Positions 1 through 9,228 of a stretch of 64,000 nt of DNA are shown here, in pieces. The stretch is from contig OY969696.1 of assembly GCA_963702005.1 (NCBI GenBank), forward strand, positions 2,848,001 through 2,912,000. Reading direction: 5' to 3'. Position numbers and translations under genes: made by a program. The DNA comes from Candidatus Aminicenantes bacterium (GTDB lineage: Bacteria; Acidobacteriota; Aminicenantia; Aminicenantales; JAFGBC01). Below the pieces are notes generated by a model. It was given only the letters and a program-made list of their open reading frames with translations. It searched no databases and was not told the DNA's origin. Positions within the stretch are counted from its first letter, which is position 1. Each line of letters starts with the position of its first letter.

Positions 1-86
1 GAACGAGCATAATTTGACACTCGCTGTCTGGTCAAGTATCGGTCATACCATTTTAAAGGACTGCCGAAAAGGATTAGAATGGTCCT

Positions 87-1466
87 TTGGAATCCGTGGA
101 GGTCAAGGCCGTGAAAAAAATCGCCGCTTTCGTCGCCGCCCTCGTTTGTCTGGCCGCCTGGAGCCGTTCCGGCCAACAGCCGGCCGCCGAACAGGACGAA
201 CTCATCGTCAAGGCCCGGGCCATGGTCGCCGCCCTCGTCCGTGACGACTTCGCGGCGGCCGTCAAGGACTTCGACGAGACCATGCTGAAGCTCTCGGGAT
301 CCGACAAGCTCGCCGCGTTCTGGAAGGAAGTCCCGGTCCGGTTCGGCGAGTTCAAGCGGCAGACGGCGGCCCGGCGGGCCAAGGAAGAGCCTTACGACGT
401 CGTCCTGGTCACCTGCGAGTTCGCCAAGGTCACCCTTGACGCCAAGGTCGTCTTTGACAAGGATAAACGGATCGCCGGCTTTTTCTTCGTCCCATCGCTC
501 CCGCCGGCCGAATATAAGCCGCCCCTCTACGCCGACCCGAGCCTGTTCGAGGAGAAGGAGGCCACGGTGGGCGGGCCGGACTGGCCTTTGGCCGGCCTGC
601 TGACCCTCCCCAAGGGCGACGGCCCCTTCCCCGCCCTCGTCCTCGTCCACGGCTCCGGCCCCAACGACCGGGACGAGACGATCGGCCCCAACAAGCCTTT
701 TCGCGACTTGGCCTGGGGGTTGTCTTCGCGCGGGATCGCCGTTCTCCGCTTCGACAAGAGAACCAAGACCTATGGGGCCAAGCTCATCGCCGACCCCAAG
801 CTCCTGGCGTCGCTCACGGTCCGGGAGGAGACGATCGACGATAGCCTGGCCGCCCTCGCCCTGTTGAGAGCGACGCCCAAGATCGCCAAGGACAAGGTCT
901 TCATCCTCGGGCACAGCCTGGGCGGGATGCTCGTGCCGAGGATCGCGCTTTCGCCCGGAGCCGAGAGCGCCGCCGGGTTCATCATCATGGCCGGGCTGAC
1001 TCGCGCCCTCGAAGACACCTATGTCCAGCAGATGACCTATCTCTTCGGACTCGACGGCTCCCTCTCCGCCGACGACAAGACCAAGCTCGAGGACATCAAG
1101 CAGCAGGCGGCGCGGATCAAGGCCCTGACCGAAGCCGATGCCGGAAAAGACGAACGATTCCTTAACGCGGCACCCGCTTACTGGCTCGACCTGCGCGGCT
1201 ACATCCCGGCCGAAGTCGTCAAAAAGGTGTCAAAGCCCCTCCTCGTCCTCCAGGGAAGCCGCGATTATCAAGTGACGATTGAGGACTTCGAGAACTGGAA
1301 GAAGGCGCTGGCCGGGCGGAACGACGTCGAGTTCAAGCTCTACCCGAAGCTCAATCACCTTTTCATCGAGGGCAAGGGCATTCCGACCCCGGCCGAATAC
1401 ACCCAGCTGGCGGGGAGCATCGCCCTCTACGTCATCGAGGACATCGCCGCCTGGATCAAGCGCTGA
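87..1466 (+). CDS. Secreted alpha/beta-fold hydrolase with N-terminal DUF3887-like domain
   Basis: Signal-like N-terminus; VHGSGPxDRD, GHSLGG nucleophile elbow, QGSRDYQV and LNHLF (Ser-Asp-His triad). True start may be GTG near 111. Confidence 0.85.
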   Translation: MESVEVKAVKKIAAFVAALVCLAAWSRSGQQPAAEQDELIVKARAMVAALVRDDFAAAVKDFDETMLKLSGSDKLAAFWKEVPVRFGEFKRQTAARRAKEEPYDVVLVTCEFAKVTLDAKVVFDKDKRIAGFFFVPSLPPAEYKPPLYADPSLFEEKEATVGGPDWPLAGLLTLPKGDGPFPALVLVHGSGPNDRDETIGPNKPFRDLAWGLSSRGIAVLRFDKRTKTYGAKLIADPKLLASLTVREETIDDSLAALALLRATPKIAKDKVFILGHSLGGMLVPRIALSPGAESAAGFIIMAGLTRALEDTYVQQMTYLFGLDGSLSADDKTKLEDIKQQAARIKALTEADAGKDERFLNAAPAYWLDLRGYIPAEVVKKVSKPLLVLQGSRDYQVTIEDFENWKKALAGRNDVEFKLYPKLNHLFIEGKGIPTPAEYTQLAGSIALYVIEDIAAWIKR

Positions 1467-1487
1467 TCCGTTCTTCGATCCGGCCGC

Positions 1488-2708
1488 TCAGCCCTTTTTC
1501 CGCAGATAGACGTCTTTGGTCACGCGGCGGACGAGGAAGGGCTTCATCCGCTCGATGAACTCCTTGGGCCAGTCCCTCATCCGGCTCGTGAGCATCATGT
1601 TGTTCACGGTCGAGACATCGGAGAACTTCTTCTCGGCGATCAGGAAGTCCCGAAGCCCCCGCCAACGGGCCTCGTCCTCGTTTTTGAACGGAGCGGCCAG
1701 CTCATCCTTGACGGCGACTTGAAGACGGTGCCCGGGCCCGTCGAGGACATGGACTTTCTCCCGATCGGCGAAAGCTAGGACGGCCTCCTTGACCTTTCCC
1801 TGCTCGACCTCGACCGCGGCGATCTGGTCCTGGAGCTCCTTCTTCCGCGTCTCGAGCTCCACGTACTTGGCGACCAGGACGACGCCCGGGTCCTTGAGGT
1901 AGGCGTTGGGCTCGAGCGACTCGACGGCCTTGGGATGTTTCCACTCCGGGCAGATGACCTGGTATCCGCACCATTCGCAGAGGGCGCTCCGGTTGGACGG
2001 GAAGTCGGCGCTGGATTCGATCTCCCGGATTCTCCGGACGAGTTCCCGCTCGAGCGACTCAAGCTCCGCGGCCGTCCTCGACGACTCGACCTGCTTGTTG
2101 AACAGGAGATAATGCCAGACGAGCCTGGCCTTCTGCTTGGCTTCGGGCCAGCGGGTGGCGATGGCGATCTGGTAGACGGGGAGCTGGATGTCCGCGTCGG
2201 CCTCCTCCTGGGTCAGCAGGCTCCCCGAGGTCTTATAATCGTGGATCTCGAAGATCTTGTCCCGGTCGTTCCAGTCGAGCCGGTCCAGGACGCCGCCGAA
2301 CTGGAATTCCTCGTCCCCGTCCTTGAGGCTGAAGGCGATCATCTCCTCGGTGCTGACGACCTTGGCCCTGTCGAACGGGCGGTGCTCGTCATAGTAATCC
2401 GACAGGCAGGCCTTCCCTTTTTTCCGGTAATCCTCGGCGGCCAGGTCCTTCTTGACGACCTTGACCGCGCCGCTGAAGTTCTTCTCCCAGATCTCGTCGT
2501 AGAGGGACAGCAGCCAATCCTTGGATTCGACCCTGCGGTTCTTGACCCGATCGTAGAGTTCCTTGAGGGATTCATGAACGCGCGAACCCATGAAGGCCTC
2601 GATCGTCTCCATCTCCGAGGGGAGCCGGTCGATGTAGCGATACTTGTACTGGAGCCGGCATTGGCCGAAGGCACCGATGCGGCTCACCGAATATTTGGCC
2701 GCCATCAT
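1488..2708 (-). CDS. PD-(D/E)XK RecB/Cas4-like nuclease with probable Fe-S staple
   Basis: N-terminal SxSRI...QC, GxxVH, GVLDRLD...IHDYKT, QLPVY, C-terminal CEWCGYQVIC; coiled-coil extension. Confidence 0.85.
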   Translation of the reverse strand: MMAAKYSVSRIGAFGQCRLQYKYRYIDRLPSEMETIEAFMGSRVHESLKELYDRVKNRRVESKDWLLSLYDEIWEKNFSGAVKVVKKDLAAEDYRKKGKACLSDYYDEHRPFDRAKVVSTEEMIAFSLKDGDEEFQFGGVLDRLDWNDRDKIFEIHDYKTSGSLLTQEEADADIQLPVYQIAIATRWPEAKQKARLVWHYLLFNKQVESSRTAAELESLERELVRRIREIESSADFPSNRSALCEWCGYQVICPEWKHPKAVESLEPNAYLKDPGVVLVAKYVELETRKKELQDQIAAVEVEQGKVKEAVLAFADREKVHVLDGPGHRLQVAVKDELAAPFKNEDEARWRGLRDFLIAEKKFSDVSTVNNMMLTSRMRDWPKEFIERMKPFLVRRVTKDVYLRKKG

Positions 2709-2732
2709 CGTCTCCTTTCCGCTCCCATCGTT

Positions 2733-3905
2733 TCAGTCGACATGGAGCAGGAATCCTTTGAGATATTCGCTCTCCGGATGGTAAATGTTGACAGGATGGT
2801 CGGGGGCCATCCGATGCTTCTGGAGGATCTTGACCGTCCGGTCCGCCTCGCGCGCGGCCTGGAACAGGACCTGGCGGAAGAGCGCCTCATCCACGAAATG
2901 GGAGCAGGAAAAAGTCAGGAGGAGCCCACCGGGCGGGAGGGCGAGCATGGCCAGACGGTTGATATCCTTGTAGCCGCGGCAGGCCGGGATGACGTCGCTC
3001 TTCTTTTTGGCGAAGGCGGGCGGGTCGAGGATGATGAAATCGTAGTCCAGGTTCTTGCGCCTCAGGAAGGCAAAAACGTCGGCTGCCTCGAATCGGGCCC
3101 GGGACTCGTCCAGCCCGTTGAGGCGGAGGTTCCGCCGGCCGAGCCCGAGGGCCGGCTCCGAAGTATCGACGGCGTCGACCCGGAGAGCGCCCCCCTTGAG
3201 CGCGTAAACGGAAAAGGCGCCCGTGTAGGCGAACGCGTTCAGGACCCGGCGGCCCGGGCTGAACCGAGCGACCAGCCGACGCATCTCGCGCTGGTCGAGG
3301 AAAAAACCCGTTTTCTGGGATCCCTCGATCGCGACCAGGAAGCGGAGTCCGTTTTCGGCGACCTCGACCGGACCGTCCAGCTCGCCCTGAAGCGGCCCTT
3401 CGAAATCGTCGAGCCCCTCCTCGCGGCGCGAGGGCAGGCTCGATTTCTCATAGATGACGCGCGGCTTGAGAAGCCCCCTCAGGATTCCGAGAACGAGAGG
3501 CTTGAGTTTCTCCATGCCCAGGGTCGCGACTTGGAGGACGCAGACGTCGGCGTATTTGTCGACGACCAGCCCCGGCAGGCCGTCCCCTTCGCCGTGGACG
3601 ACGCGGAAAGCGTTCGTGTCCTCGCCGAAAAGCATCCCGCGCAGGGCCCAAGCCCGCTCGATCGTCCGACGGACGGCTTCGTGGGGCGGTTCGGCGCCGA
3701 AGCTGACCATCCGGGCCAGGATCGAGCACTTCGTGTTGATATAGGCGTGCCCCAGAAGCTCGCCTTCGGCGCTCCGCACGGCCAGCAAGCTTCCTTCTTC
3801 AATGCCCGATGGAAGGTGCTTGGCGGCGCCGGAAAAAATCCAATGATGCCGGTTCCGGACGGCTTTGTCTTTGCCTTTATGGAGGACGAGGGCCGATTCG
3901 GTCAT
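2733..3905 (-). CDS. rlmI: 23S rRNA m5C methyltransferase, RlmI/RlmK family
   Basis: HHWIFSG PUA region, GEGDGLPGLVVD, QKTGFFLDQR, ILDPPAF, TFSCS; ATG at 3905 overlaps upstream stop. Confidence 0.85.
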   Translation of the reverse strand: MTESALVLHKGKDKAVRNRHHWIFSGAAKHLPSGIEEGSLLAVRSAEGELLGHAYINTKCSILARMVSFGAEPPHEAVRRTIERAWALRGMLFGEDTNAFRVVHGEGDGLPGLVVDKYADVCVLQVATLGMEKLKPLVLGILRGLLKPRVIYEKSSLPSRREEGLDDFEGPLQGELDGPVEVAENGLRFLVAIEGSQKTGFFLDQREMRRLVARFSPGRRVLNAFAYTGAFSVYALKGGALRVDAVDTSEPALGLGRRNLRLNGLDESRARFEAADVFAFLRRKNLDYDFIILDPPAFAKKKSDVIPACRGYKDINRLAMLALPPGGLLLTFSCSHFVDEALFRQVLFQAAREADRTVKILQKHRMAPDHPVNIYHPESEYLKGFLLHVD

Positions 3906-4288
3906 GAGGACGGCCCCAGAAGCCGGGAGACGATTTCGCGATCGGCCTCCGCGAGGTCGAATCGCCACAGATCCCCGGGCCGGACCCAGCGGATCTCATC
4001 ATGGGAACGAAGCTTGAATTCGCCCGTCCGGTGCTCGACTTCGAAGGCGAGAAGTTCGAAGGGGCCCTCTCGAAAAACGCCCCGGCCGGTGGCGGCCAGC
4101 GGCCCCACCCGGACTTCGATATCGAACTCTTCTCTAAGCTCCCGCTCCAGGCATGTCTCCGGCGTTTCGCCCGGTTCGACCTTTCCCCCCGGGAATTCCC
4201 AGAGGCCCGCGCTCGAGATCCCGGCCTTCCGGCGAGCGATCAAGATCATCCCGTTTCTTCTGAAGAGGGCCGCCGTGACCTGCATCAT
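3902..4288 (-). CDS. NUDIX hydrolase, MutT/NudG-like
   Basis: Nudix box WEFPGGKVEPGETPETCLERELREE; real gene is only the C-terminal 128 aa of ORF 3902..6208. Confidence 0.9.
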   Translation of the reverse strand: MMQVTAALFRRNGMILIARRKAGISSAGLWEFPGGKVEPGETPETCLERELREEFDIEVRVGPLAATGRGVFREGPFELLAFEVEHRTGEFKLRSHDEIRWVRPGDLWRFDLAEADREIVSRLLGPSS

Positions 4289-4360
4289 AAGAGGCTCCCG
4301 GATCAGGATTATAAGACAAGGCCGTCTAAAAGGACACTTTTTTTCGCGGGCCGTCCGTCG

Positions 4361-4389
4361 TTGACTTCCCGACCGCATCACCCTATTAT
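4361..4389 (+). promoter_or_regulatory. Sigma70-like promoter of kinase gene
   Basis: TTGACT (4361-4366), 17 bp, TATTAT (4384-4389); ATG at 4397. Confidence 0.6.
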
Positions 4390-4396
4390 TATCGGC

Positions 4397-7300
4397 ATGG
4401 GGGACGGAGGACGGCTTCAGGTCTGCTCGAGCTGCCGGGCGGAGAATCCCGACGACAGCCGCTTCTGTCGCCAATGCGGCGCGCCGCTCCCCCACCCTCA
4501 TGAGACGCTCCCCTATCCCGTTTCCTCCGCTGAAGCGCACACGACGGCCGCCCCGGCCGCCGCGCCCCACTTCGCCCCCGGCGCCGCCTTCGGCAAGCGC
4601 TACCGGATTATCGAGGAGATTGGAAGCGGCGGCATGGGCCGCGTCTACAAGGCCGAGGACAAAGAGCTGGGGACGACGGTCGCCCTCAAGATGATCCGCC
4701 CCGAGCTCTCCGCCGACCGCGACGTCATCGACCTTTTCAAGAAAGAAATCATCCTGGCCCGCTCCATCTCGCACGAAAACGTCGTCCGCATCCACGACCT
4801 GGGCGAAATCGGCCGGGTCAAATACGTTTCGATGGACTTCATCAAAGGCGAAGACCTGAAGTCCCTGATCCGGCTCTCGGGGCCCCTCTCCGTGGACACG
4901 ACCCTCCAGATCGCGATCCAGGTCGGAGAAGCGCTCCGGGCCGCCCACCGCAAGAACATCGTCCACCAAGACCTCAAGCCCCAGAATATCATGATCGATC
5001 CGGGCGGCCGGGTGTTCGTCACGGATTTCGGGCTGGCGACGCTCAGGGCCGCCGACGGGGCCGCGGGACCGGCGGATGTGGTCGGAACGCCCTTCTACTT
5101 CTCGCCCGAACAGGCCCGGGGCGCGCCCGCCGATCCCCGGTCGGACATCTATTCGTTCGGCGTCGTCGTCTTCGAGATGCTGACCGGACGGGAGCCCTTC
5201 CGGGCCGCTACCGCCGCCGAACTCGCCCGCAAACACGTATCGGAGCCCCCGCCGCTTCCCTCCCGCTTCAATCCCGCCGTGCCGGCGGCCCTGGAGAAGA
5301 TCGTCCTCAAATGCCTGGCTAAAAAGCGGGAGGATCGCTATCAATCCTTCGACGAGATTCTGGCCGATCTTAAAAGGCTCGAGCCCGCCGGACGGGGCAG
5401 GGCGGCGCGGCGCTACGGCGGGAGACTCCTCTGGCTCCTGCCCTCGACTTTGGCGCTCCTGTTTCTGGCCGTCGTCGCCGTCAAGACTTTTCTCCCCAAA
5501 ACGGAGCGCCCCGCCGAGTCCGCTCTCCGCTCGCCCCTTAAGAGGATCTCGGTCGCCGTCCTCGACGCCGTCAACCACACCGGAGATCCTTCGCTGGACT
5601 ACTGGCGGGGGATGATCGAGGACCTGCTGTCCATCGACCTGGCCCAATCCCGCTACTTGGGCGTTCTGCCCGACGATCGGGTCAACCGGATCCTCAAGGA
5701 CATGGGCCGCCTCGACGCCAGCGAGCAAGCGACCGATGTCCTCGACCGGATCGCCGGGGAGGAAGGCGTCGAATATTTCATCCTGCCCAGTTTCGTACGG
5801 GTCGGCGACCGGTACCGGCTCAGCGTCAAAGTCCGCAAGGCAAAGGGGAGCGAGATCTTGGACACGGCTTGGGTCGACGGCCAGGACCTGCTCGTCATGG
5901 TCGACGACCTGACCCGAAAGCTCAAGACGGCCCTTCGGCTGTCCCAGTCCGAGATCGCCGCCGACTACGACCGGGAGCTGGCCCAGATCTCGACGACTTC
6001 GCTCGAAGCGCTCCGCTACTACATGGACGGCAAGCGCCTCTACCTCGACGAGAAATTCCAGGAGAGCAACGAAACCCTCGCCCGGGCGGTAGCCATCGAT
6101 CCGACCTTCGCCCTGGCCTATAAAAAAATGGCCGAGAACTACAACTACCTGGGCGACCTCAACCGAACCCGAGAGCGGATCGGCAAAGCGCTGGCGCTTC
6201 TCGATCACGTCTCGGAGCGGGAGCGCTACATGATTCAGGGATACGCCTCATATACCTTGGACGAGTCGCCGCAAAAAGCCGTCGAAAGCTATCGGCGGCT
6301 CCTCGAGTTTTATCCCAACGACGAGGAGGGGCACGTCCTGCTCGGCTCCATCTACAGGAATTCCGAACAGTGGGACGAGGCCGAACAGGAGTTCGAATAC
6401 GTGCTCGACCTTAACCCGCGGTCCGAATTGGCCATCGAGAACCTGGCCTACATCGACTCCGGGCTGGGACGATACGACAAGGCCATCGGCCTTATCCAGG
6501 CGCAACAGGCCCTCTTCCCCCGCTCCCTGCTGCTTTCCCGGCGCCTGGCTCAACTCGACACGATCACGGGTCGTCTCGATCAAGCGCGTCAAGAGATCGA
6601 TGACCTCCTCCGCACGAACCCCCAAGATTACAGTCATCTCGAACTCGAAGGGAATGTCCTTCAGCTCAAGGGCGATCTCCCGGCCGCCCGCTCCGTCTAT
6701 GAACGGCTCCGGAACGGCCGAAATCCCTCCGGCCGCTGCTTAGGACGGTTCTGGACGGCCCATCTTCTCCTCCTCCAGGGGCGTTTCCAGGAGGCCCGGA
6801 ACGAAGCCGCCTCGGGCCTGGAGGAATCGAAGAAAACCAACCAGATGCCCCAGACGATCAATTTCCGCCTTCTCCTTTCCCGTCTTGAGCTCGAGCAGAG
6901 CCATTGGGACGAGGCGGACGCCTCGGCCCGGACCGCTTATCAGACCGCCGACAAGATTCTCTACTCCCACGAAAAAAAGCAGGCCCTCCAGCTCGAGGGG
7001 CTTGCCCAGGCCGGCGCCGGCCGACTCGCTGAAGCGGAGCGGACCGCCGAGGAGCTCCGCGCCTTGCTCGACCGGACGGGCTGTCCCGCTCATTATAAAT
7101 ATTACGAGGCCCTCCGGGCCGCCATCGCGCTCAAGCGCGGCGCCGCGGCCGAAGCCGTCGGCTGGCAGGAAAAGGCGGTCGCCCGCTTATCCCAGCAGAT
7201 CGACAAATTCGATGATCAAGCTTTATTCTTCGACGGCCTGGGGCATGCCTACGAGGCGGCGGGATCGCCGGCTAAAGCCGTGGCCGTTTACGAAAAACTC

Positions 7301-7507
7301 ATCGCCCTGACGACCGGCCGACTCCGCTGGGGCGATTTATTCGCGCTGGCTTTTTATCGATCGGGCCGGCTCTACGAATCCGGGGGCGTCAAGGACAAGG
7401 CCGTCTCCGCCTATGAAAAGTTCCTGACTCTCTGGCGGCAAGCCAATGCCGGACGTCCCGAGCCCGCCGAGGCGCGGACCCGGCTCAACGCCTTGAGAGG
7501 GTCCTAG
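4397..7507 (+). CDS. Membrane-anchored Ser/Thr kinase: Zn ribbon, kinase, TM, TolB-like domain, TPR repeats
   Basis: CSSC...CRQC; GSGGMGRVY, VALK, HQDLKPQN, DFG, SPE, SDIYSFG; TM LLWLLPSTLALLFLAVVAV; many TPR-like helices. Confidence 0.92.
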   Translation: MGDGGRLQVCSSCRAENPDDSRFCRQCGAPLPHPHETLPYPVSSAEAHTTAAPAAAPHFAPGAAFGKRYRIIEEIGSGGMGRVYKAEDKELGTTVALKMIRPELSADRDVIDLFKKEIILARSISHENVVRIHDLGEIGRVKYVSMDFIKGEDLKSLIRLSGPLSVDTTLQIAIQVGEALRAAHRKNIVHQDLKPQNIMIDPGGRVFVTDFGLATLRAADGAAGPADVVGTPFYFSPEQARGAPADPRSDIYSFGVVVFEMLTGREPFRAATAAELARKHVSEPPPLPSRFNPAVPAALEKIVLKCLAKKREDRYQSFDEILADLKRLEPAGRGRAARRYGGRLLWLLPSTLALLFLAVVAVKTFLPKTERPAESALRSPLKRISVAVLDAVNHTGDPSLDYWRGMIEDLLSIDLAQSRYLGVLPDDRVNRILKDMGRLDASEQATDVLDRIAGEEGVEYFILPSFVRVGDRYRLSVKVRKAKGSEILDTAWVDGQDLLVMVDDLTRKLKTALRLSQSEIAADYDRELAQISTTSLEALRYYMDGKRLYLDEKFQESNETLARAVAIDPTFALAYKKMAENYNYLGDLNRTRERIGKALALLDHVSERERYMIQGYASYTLDESPQKAVESYRRLLEFYPNDEEGHVLLGSIYRNSEQWDEAEQEFEYVLDLNPRSELAIENLAYIDSGLGRYDKAIGLIQAQQALFPRSLLLSRRLAQLDTITGRLDQARQEIDDLLRTNPQDYSHLELEGNVLQLKGDLPAARSVYERLRNGRNPSGRCLGRFWTAHLLLLQGRFQEARNEAASGLEESKKTNQMPQTINFRLLLSRLELEQSHWDEADASARTAYQTADKILYSHEKKQALQLEGLAQAGAGRLAEAERTAEELRALLDRTGCPAHYKYYEALRAAIALKRGAAAEAVGWQEKAVARLSQQIDKFDDQALFFDGLGHAYEAAGSPAKAVAVYEKLIALTTGRLRWGDLFALAFYRSGRLYESGGVKDKAVSAYEKFLTLWRQANAGRPEPAEARTRLNALRGS

Positions 7508-8555
7508 ACGCCAAGAATTTCTCCCGCGCCGCCCTCAACGCTTTCGCGATCCGGCAAGTCCAGCGCGGGATCCGTCCGATCTCGCTCCCCGGCGCCGCCG
7601 CATCCAAGGGACAGATCGCGCAGTCCTCGACTTCGGGACAGGTCAGGCAGGGACCGTCCGGCGTCATGAACCGCGTCATGCGGAGCGAGGCATATCGGGC
7701 CGCGACCTCGGGATGGACTCTCTGCCCTGAACGGACGAACCGCTCGACTCGACCGAAAGAATAGGAACGGGCCTCCCGGGAGGTCGACCTCCCGGGGAAA
7801 TGGTCGATGAAGAGGTGACAGCCCCAAACCGTTCCGTCCGGAGCGACGGCGATCCTGTTCGCGCCGCCGCCGCAGGCGAAAATTCCCCTCCCCCGGACCG
7901 GCCGGAATTCGGCCAGCGGAACGTGTCCCGTCTTTTTTCTCCATGCGCCGGCGAAGCGCCGGACCGCCGCCAGCTCATCCCCCAGCGCCGTTAGGGCGGC
8001 CCCGGACCAGGGCTCCAGGTTCGAGAAAGCGAGATGGATGTCTCTGACGCCGAGCTCATGAATAAGCCGCACGGAGCCGGACAAATAGCGGACGGTTTTT
8101 GGAGTGAACACGGAGTTCGTCTCGACCCGAATCTCAGGGGCGTCGACCAAGCGCTCCAGCGCGGGCAGGACCGTTGCCGTGCTCTCCTGTTCGCGGCCGA
8201 CGTGCTGGGCAAGACCGTCGAAAGACACAAGCAAGCGAAATCGGTGATCGCGGAAAAACGCGAGAATGTCATCCGTGATCAGGCTGCCGTTTGTCGTCAG
8301 CCCGAACCGGATTCGGCGGCCTCCGTTCTTATTTTCCACGGCCGCGACCGCCCGGCGGATGAGGTCGAACGCGACGAGCGGCTCTCCTCCGTAGAAATGG
8401 ATTTCGCTTCGGACGGCCAGATGGGGAAGGAAGACATCCAAGGCCCGGTCCAAGACGGCGGGCGTCATCGTCTGCCGGCCCCGAAGCTGATAGCAATAGG
8501 AACAGCGGAAATTACACCGTTCGGTCAGATAGAGCAGAAGGGTTGAGAATTCCAT
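7485..8555 (-). CDS. Radical SAM/SPASM domain protein, probable peptide maturase
   Basis: CNFRCSYC, FYGGEPL, TTNG, VSFDG; SPASM cysteines CGGG...GTVWGCH...CLTCPEVEDCAIC...WTC. Confidence 0.9.
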   Translation of the reverse strand: MEFSTLLLYLTERCNFRCSYCYQLRGRQTMTPAVLDRALDVFLPHLAVRSEIHFYGGEPLVAFDLIRRAVAAVENKNGGRRIRFGLTTNGSLITDDILAFFRDHRFRLLVSFDGLAQHVGREQESTATVLPALERLVDAPEIRVETNSVFTPKTVRYLSGSVRLIHELGVRDIHLAFSNLEPWSGAALTALGDELAAVRRFAGAWRKKTGHVPLAEFRPVRGRGIFACGGGANRIAVAPDGTVWGCHLFIDHFPGRSTSREARSYSFGRVERFVRSGQRVHPEVAARYASLRMTRFMTPDGPCLTCPEVEDCAICPLDAAAPGSEIGRIPRWTCRIAKALRAAREKFLASRTLSRR

Positions 8556-8594
8556 TCGGTCGCGGGGCGGCCGCGGCGGCCCTTCCAACGGAAA

Positions 8595-8693
8595 TACTAA
8601 GCCGGGCGGAATATAGTTGACTCCATATTTCTTTATCGCCCGGCTAGTACTCGGGGAGCGGCAAGGATTATGCAAAATATATACTGCTCCCCG
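8595..8693. other. Two adjacent GC-stem hairpins between small ORFs and radical SAM gene
   Basis: AGCCGGGCG 8600-8608 / CGCCCGGCT 8637-8645; CGGGGAGC 8652-8659 / GCTCCCCG 8686-8693; AT-rich loops. Confidence 0.65.
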
Positions 8694-8711
8694 TAGTAAC
8701 TATGTTTCAGA

Positions 8712-8948
8712 TCAGCGCACGGTCCGGCGCGGCAAACTTCCCTGACACATGTCCCCGGCCTTCAGGTCGGCGAGATTGCCCACGGAATTGATAATTCCGC
8801 CGCAGGCTTTTCGCGCTTCCTTGTAAACCTTGAAGAGCGGATCGCCGGCGGGGGGCGCCTTGACTTTTTCCAGAAAAGTCGCGATGGCATCCAACCCCTT
8901 TACGAGCTCCGCCGGATAAGGATGTTCTGTGATCGGTCTTTTCGCCAT
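8712..8948 (-). CDS. 78-aa small protein, candidate RiPP precursor 2
   Basis: AAGGAGG RBS upstream of ATG; similar to 9007..9228; ends AGDMCQGSLPRRTVR. Confidence 0.75.
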   Translation of the reverse strand: MAKRPITEHPYPAELVKGLDAIATFLEKVKAPPAGDPLFKVYKEARKACGGIINSVGNLADLKAGDMCQGSLPRRTVR

Positions 8949-9006
8949 GGAAACCCTCCTTGTCTCCGATTCCTCTGGACAGGCCGCGATCAGCCCGCCT
9001 CGCCCC

Positions 9007-9228
9007 TCAGCGCCGCGGAAGTCCGGTCGGACAGGGACCGCCTTTGTCTTTACACAAGAGCTTGACGAGTACGGCGCAGGCGGCTTCCGCTTTCAATTGG
9101 AGACGGGCCAGCGCGGGCGGCAACTCGATGTGAGCGGCCTTTAGCTCGCGCAAGAACGCATCAATATCCCCTAGAAGCTGCGCGACGCTCACCCGGTCAC
9201 CCTTAGGATCGAATCTCTTGATAGGCAT
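9007..9228 (-). CDS. 73-aa small protein, candidate RiPP precursor 1
   Basis: AAGGAGG RBS (9234-9240) before ATG at 9228 (MPIKRF...); ends KGGPCPTGLPRR; paralog of 8712..8948. Confidence 0.75.
   Translation of the reverse strand: MPIKRFDPKGDRVSVAQLLGDIDAFLRELKAAHIELPPALARLQLKAEAACAVLVKLLCKDKGGPCPTGLPRR

Noticed and set aside
1488-2708. CRISPR-Cas locus implied by Cas4-like nuclease
   Set aside because: No repeat-spacer array or other cas genes seen in the window
1935-6208. Very long ORFs 1935..4364 (+) and 3902..6208 (-)
   Set aside because: Antisense shadows of real genes in high-GC DNA; only the last 128 aa of the latter (NUDIX) is a real protein
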